A program made the translations under genes and the position numbers. This document shows, piece after piece, positions 24,152 through 27,748 of a DNA stretch of 27,748 nt. This DNA is from Octopus sinensis. Lineage: Eukaryota. The stretch is from the NCBI RefSeq assembly GCF_006345805.1, contig NW_021827599.1, positions 1-27,748 on the forward strand, written 5' to 3'. Below the pieces are notes generated by a model. That model worked only from the letters and a program-made list of their open reading frames with translations. It was not told the origin of the DNA and searched no databases. Numbering within the stretch: the stretch's first letter is position 1; each line of letters starts with the position of its first letter.

Positions 24152-24848
24152 CATACGATATAGTGTACATTTAAACACATGAGGAATCCACTCACAGAAT
24201 TCAACACGCTAGAAAGAACAGCTAGATTCTATAACCGCAAAATTTAGGGATAAAATTCGATAGGAACGAAATGAAAAATAAAAACATTTTACCATCTAGT
24301 TTCCTGGACCAATTGGTTTCTGATTTTAGTTTAGCGAGTAAATGAATCCACCAAGTGCAATCGTATTTAGCAAGAACACCTAGGGTTAAATGTATATACA
24401 CAAGGCGATTAAACTTCTTGCCCCTTATTTATACGTCCTAATTTTATCCCTAATTTTTCTGGTTATAGACCTAGCTGTTCTTCCTAGCGTGTTGAATCCT
24501 ATGAGTGGATTCCACATGTGTTTAAATGTACACTATATCGTATGACTGATATATAGTCTTTTGGACTAAATTTTTACCCGTTAGACCACTGGAAATGTAA
24601 ATTTTAATTAATTTCCATTTCTCTTTGATATGATTAAATATTGTAAGTTTTTGGATAATTTTCGGTTTTAAAAGTTGGCATTATTTATTGCTGGCGAAGG
24701 ACCGCGGCTGTGCAGTAGATTTTGAAAAAAGTTAGGACGTATAAATAAGGGGCAAGTAGTTTGATCGCCTCGTGTGTATACATTTAACCTTAGGTGTTCC
24801 TGCTGAAGACGATTGCACCTGGCGGGTTCATTTACTCGTTAAACTAAA
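24150..24848. repeat. Interleaved inverted repeats A(24150-24257), B(24325-24441), A'(24440-24546), B'(24732-24848)
   Basis: GTCATACGATATAGTGTACATTTAAACACATG vs CATGTGTTTAAATGTACACTATATCGTATGAC; CTTGCCCCTTATTTATACGTCCTAA vs TTAGGACGTATAAATAAGGGGCAAG. Confidence 0.9.
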
Positions 24849-25049
24849 TGGTTCAGCTCTCCACCCGGTAAAAGCCACCGTTTACGGAATGAGGATAACA
24901 ACGTAGCTTTCGTGCCCGTGCAACCGCCAGTCTATTGTGTGTGATGGTGGGTGGATCTTCATATTCAAGTTGCCACACGTATTCTTAGTAGCTTAGAGTA
25001 GGCTTGAATTAGAGTTTATTCTTTGTGGCTAATGGCGTGAGTCCTGATT

Positions 25050-25253
25050 GGAGGAAGAGGAGGAAGAAGAAGAAGAAGAAGAAGAAGAAGGAGAAGAAGA
25101 AGAAGAAGAAGAAGAAGAAGAAGAAGAAGGAGAAGAAGAAGAAGGAGAGGAAGAAGATGAAGAAGAAGAAGAAGAAGAAGAAGAAGAAGGAAGAAGAAGA
25201 AGAAGAAGAAGAAGAAGAAGAAGAAGAAGAAGAAGAAGAAGAAGAAGAAGAAG
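25050..25253. repeat. (GAA)n array
   Basis: Direct inspection. Confidence 0.98.
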
Positions 25254-25586
25254 CATTTGCGGCAACATATATATTTTATATTTTTATATTTTATATTTTA
25301 TATTTTATCTAGTTTCAGCTCACGAGCTGTGGCCATGCTGGAGCACCGCCATATGTTTACTTGTTTCCTCTCTGTCAAGTAATAATAAACATAATAACAA
25401 ACAAATAAAAAAAAACGGAGAATGCCAGGAATGCCATGACTAGACTAATCGCCTCATTTCGCTGTTTTTATAAACCAAAATTACTCTTTGACACATATAC
25501 AGTTATGCGACTCTAGGTACACATACATTCACAAAAATATACATATATGCAACAACAAGAACAGACGCACACATACACACACACGA

Positions 25587-25659
25587 ACATAATTTAAGTT
25601 TATCATTCTCACGTTTAAAATTTCGTTAAAGCAGACGACACAATAAAACGGAAGTCAAG
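25587..25659 (+). repeat. Dispersed 73-bp motif, paralogous to 5787-5859
   Basis: 59/73 ungapped identity. Confidence 0.75.
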
Positions 25660-25899
25660 AAGCGACTTCAAAAGCATCAGCCATCGTCGAGCCAATAAAG
25701 AGCTTCTAGTTGGTTGCTCCCCGTGCTAGAAATAGCAGTCACATTTCTTTTAAATTACACCCTGCTCGTCCGAAAAAGGGCAAAGTCGACTTCGGCAGTA
25801 TTTGAACTCAGAACGGAAAAAAACATGAACAAACAGAACGAATACCGCATACATATCTATGTATGTATGTATGTGTCTAGGTTTGTGTGTGGATATGTT

Positions 25900-26093
25900 T
25901 GTGTATCTGTGTTTGGCCTACAACATCACTTGACAACCGATGTTGGTGTGTTTACGTCCCCGTAACTTAGCGGTTCGGCAAAATAGACCGATAGAATAAG
26001 TACTAGGCTTGCAAAGAATAAGTCCTGTGGTCGGTTTCTTCGAGTAAAGGCGGTGCTCCAGCATGGCCGCAGTCAAATGACTGAAACAAGTAA
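25900..26093 (+). mobile_element. 3' module of SINE family A
   Basis: CTTGACAACCGATGTTGGTGTGTTTACGTCCCCGTAACTTAGCGG...GACTGAAACAAGTAA. Confidence 0.9.
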
Positions 26094-26123
26094 TAGAGAG
26101 AGAGAGAGAGAGAGAGAGAGGAG

Positions 26124-26158
<35 letters not shown>

Positions 26159-26159
<1 letters not shown>

Positions 26160-26346
26160 TTTATTTAAAAGCAGCAGAAATTCAACAAAACCTGTTTTAC
26201 TCTGAGTTTCACGTTCCCGTTCGACGGACTCCGAGTAACAGGTTTTGTTGAATTTCTGCTGCTTTTAAATAAAGCATATTACTCTACCCCTGGTATTTGA
26301 GTACTCTTTTTTCCACCTTGTTTTACATTTATGTGTTTACTCCGGT
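26159..26346. mobile_element. Small PLE-type terminal-repeat element with an inverted arm and a hammerhead-like relic
   Basis: 38-bp perfect inverted repeat 26159-26196/26237-26274; the minus-strand spacer reads CCGTCGA-ACG GGAA CGT-GAAA-CTCAGAG-TA; inserted next to (TA)n. Confidence 0.65.
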
Positions 26347-26348
26347 AT

Positions 26349-27068
26349 ATGCAGTTCTCAGGTTACAGCCATAAAGAAAGGATCAGAGTATACAAAGGAG
26401 CCATGAAGAAATTTGATAATATATTATGTAATGATAGGAATGGGATTTGCCCACTCTATAGGAACAAGTCATGGAACACTATAGAAAGGACAAAAAAGAA
26501 AATAGGGAAGGCCAACTCTTGGTATGACAGCCATAAATACCAGAGTGTCATGTTCGTTGACACCACCCCTGGAGGTGAATTGGCGTACCGCTTTAGAAGG
26601 ACCCTAGACAAATTTAAGCTAAGGATTAAGGTTGTTGAAAAGCCAAGCAACCCTATCAAATCTATAATTGGTAGAACCTATCCTTTTAGTAGAACCCCCT
26701 GTACTGTATATAGATTCAGCCCACAAACAAACTGTAAAGCCAGAAATGTAGTCTATAGTATAAGATGTATAGAGGGACGATGCAGTAACAAGACAACAAC
26801 ATACGTAGGGGAAACGGCAAGAAGCATAGGAGAGCGGGTAAATGAAAATTGGAGACAACTCAAGGAAGGTAAAAGCTCATCGATTCTGTACCAACACGCC
26901 GAACAGGAACACGGGGGATCAATCAACAACATAGAAATTAAAATATTGTCCACACATAAAACAGATGCAACAATCAGACAAATTACAGAAGCTACACACA
27001 TAATAGAAAATAAACCTAGCCTGAATAGAAAACTAGAATGGAACAATAGCACACACCACAACATATGA
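26349..27068 (+). pseudogene. 5'-truncated Penelope-like retroelement ORF: RT thumb/linker plus C-terminal GIY-YIG endonuclease (possibly Naiad-like)
   Basis: Open frame MQFSGYS...PLYR..W...VMFVDTTPGGELA...KVVEK, then CKARNVVYSIRC...YVGETARSIGER...RQITEATHIIENKPSLN (VVY-YVG, catalytic R, E and N positions of GIY-YIG); no RT core upstream. Confidence 0.88.
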
Positions 27069-27457
27069 CGGTAGAGGATCCCGAAAACATAATAAATACA
27101 CAGATAAATAAACAAATAGAAATAAATAACTATATATATATATTTTTTATTTATTATTATTATTACTAGTATTGTTGTTATACATACATACATACAAGCA
27201 TATGTAATGATAATAATAAAGGGATGTAAACACATGAACAAAATAAGAATAAACAAAAGCAACAACAACAAAAATTACATGAACGTATATAAACAGAAGA
27301 TACAAATATTACAGGCATCCCCCACATACACACACTAAATAAACATAGACGCACATAGAGATATAAGCATGCGCAAATGAAGACATACAATAGAAATGCA
27401 AAATGGCTGACGGTTTGTAAGGAGAGACACAAATAAGAAAGAAGAAAACAAAACAAA

Positions 27458-27502
27458 GGACCACTGATGCGGTCACAGGAGTGTGACGAAAGAACTCTGG
27501 CC
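27458..27502 (+). ncRNA. Variant minimal type I hammerhead in the PLE 3' terminal repeat
   Basis: Stem I GG(A)CCA/TGGCC; core CTGATGC(G); stem II GTCACA-GGAG-TGTGAC; GAAA; stem III AG-AA-CT; C17 at 27497; ~390 nt downstream of the GIY-YIG stop. Confidence 0.6.
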
Positions 27503-27748
27503 GAAATAAGATTAAGATTAATGTAAAAAATAAATTACACTGAAGCAAAGTAACACCAAATATATAGTGCGTGTGTTTTTATTGGCTAAACTGGTAAAAT
27601 GACCATTCCGAAATATAACAATATATATATAATCAATTATGTATATATGCATAAATACACGCACACACACACAAGGCCAGGCTAAACAAACAACCCTCTT
27701 GGAAGCAATACAAAGCTACGAGTTATTTAAGCATTTATTTGATCGAAA

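Noticed and set aside
25025-25443. Poly-E/K/R ORFs
   Set aside because: (GAA)n array
26753-27271. 172-aa minus-strand ORF
   Set aside because: Antisense shadow of the GIY-YIG ORF plus low-complexity sequence

Overview
AT-rich, microsatellite-dense eukaryotic intergenic/intronic DNA; the repeat families strongly resemble those of Octopus (coleoid cephalopod) genomes (recognition, not verified by search). I find no convincing host protein-coding gene: almost all ORFs in the track are translations of simple repeats. The window is a mosaic of at least four tRNA-headed SINE families (A-D; nested, chimeric and multimeric copies), a LINE-like 3' end, a decayed RTE-like fragment, a non-autonomous Helitron, and several Penelope-like element (PLE) remnants: a GIY-YIG endonuclease ORF at 26349-27068 and a duplicated RT fragment (GLHRDDGLA). 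The most notable signals are a canonical-core type I hammerhead ribozyme at 149-235 plus variant hammerheads flanking the PLE ORF, multimeric SINE-B arrays with a fixed junction and two interchangeable tails, an interleaved A-B-A'-B' inverted repeat, and non-TE paralogous motifs (a duplicated CRE module; a 73-bp motif repeated 19.8 kb apart).
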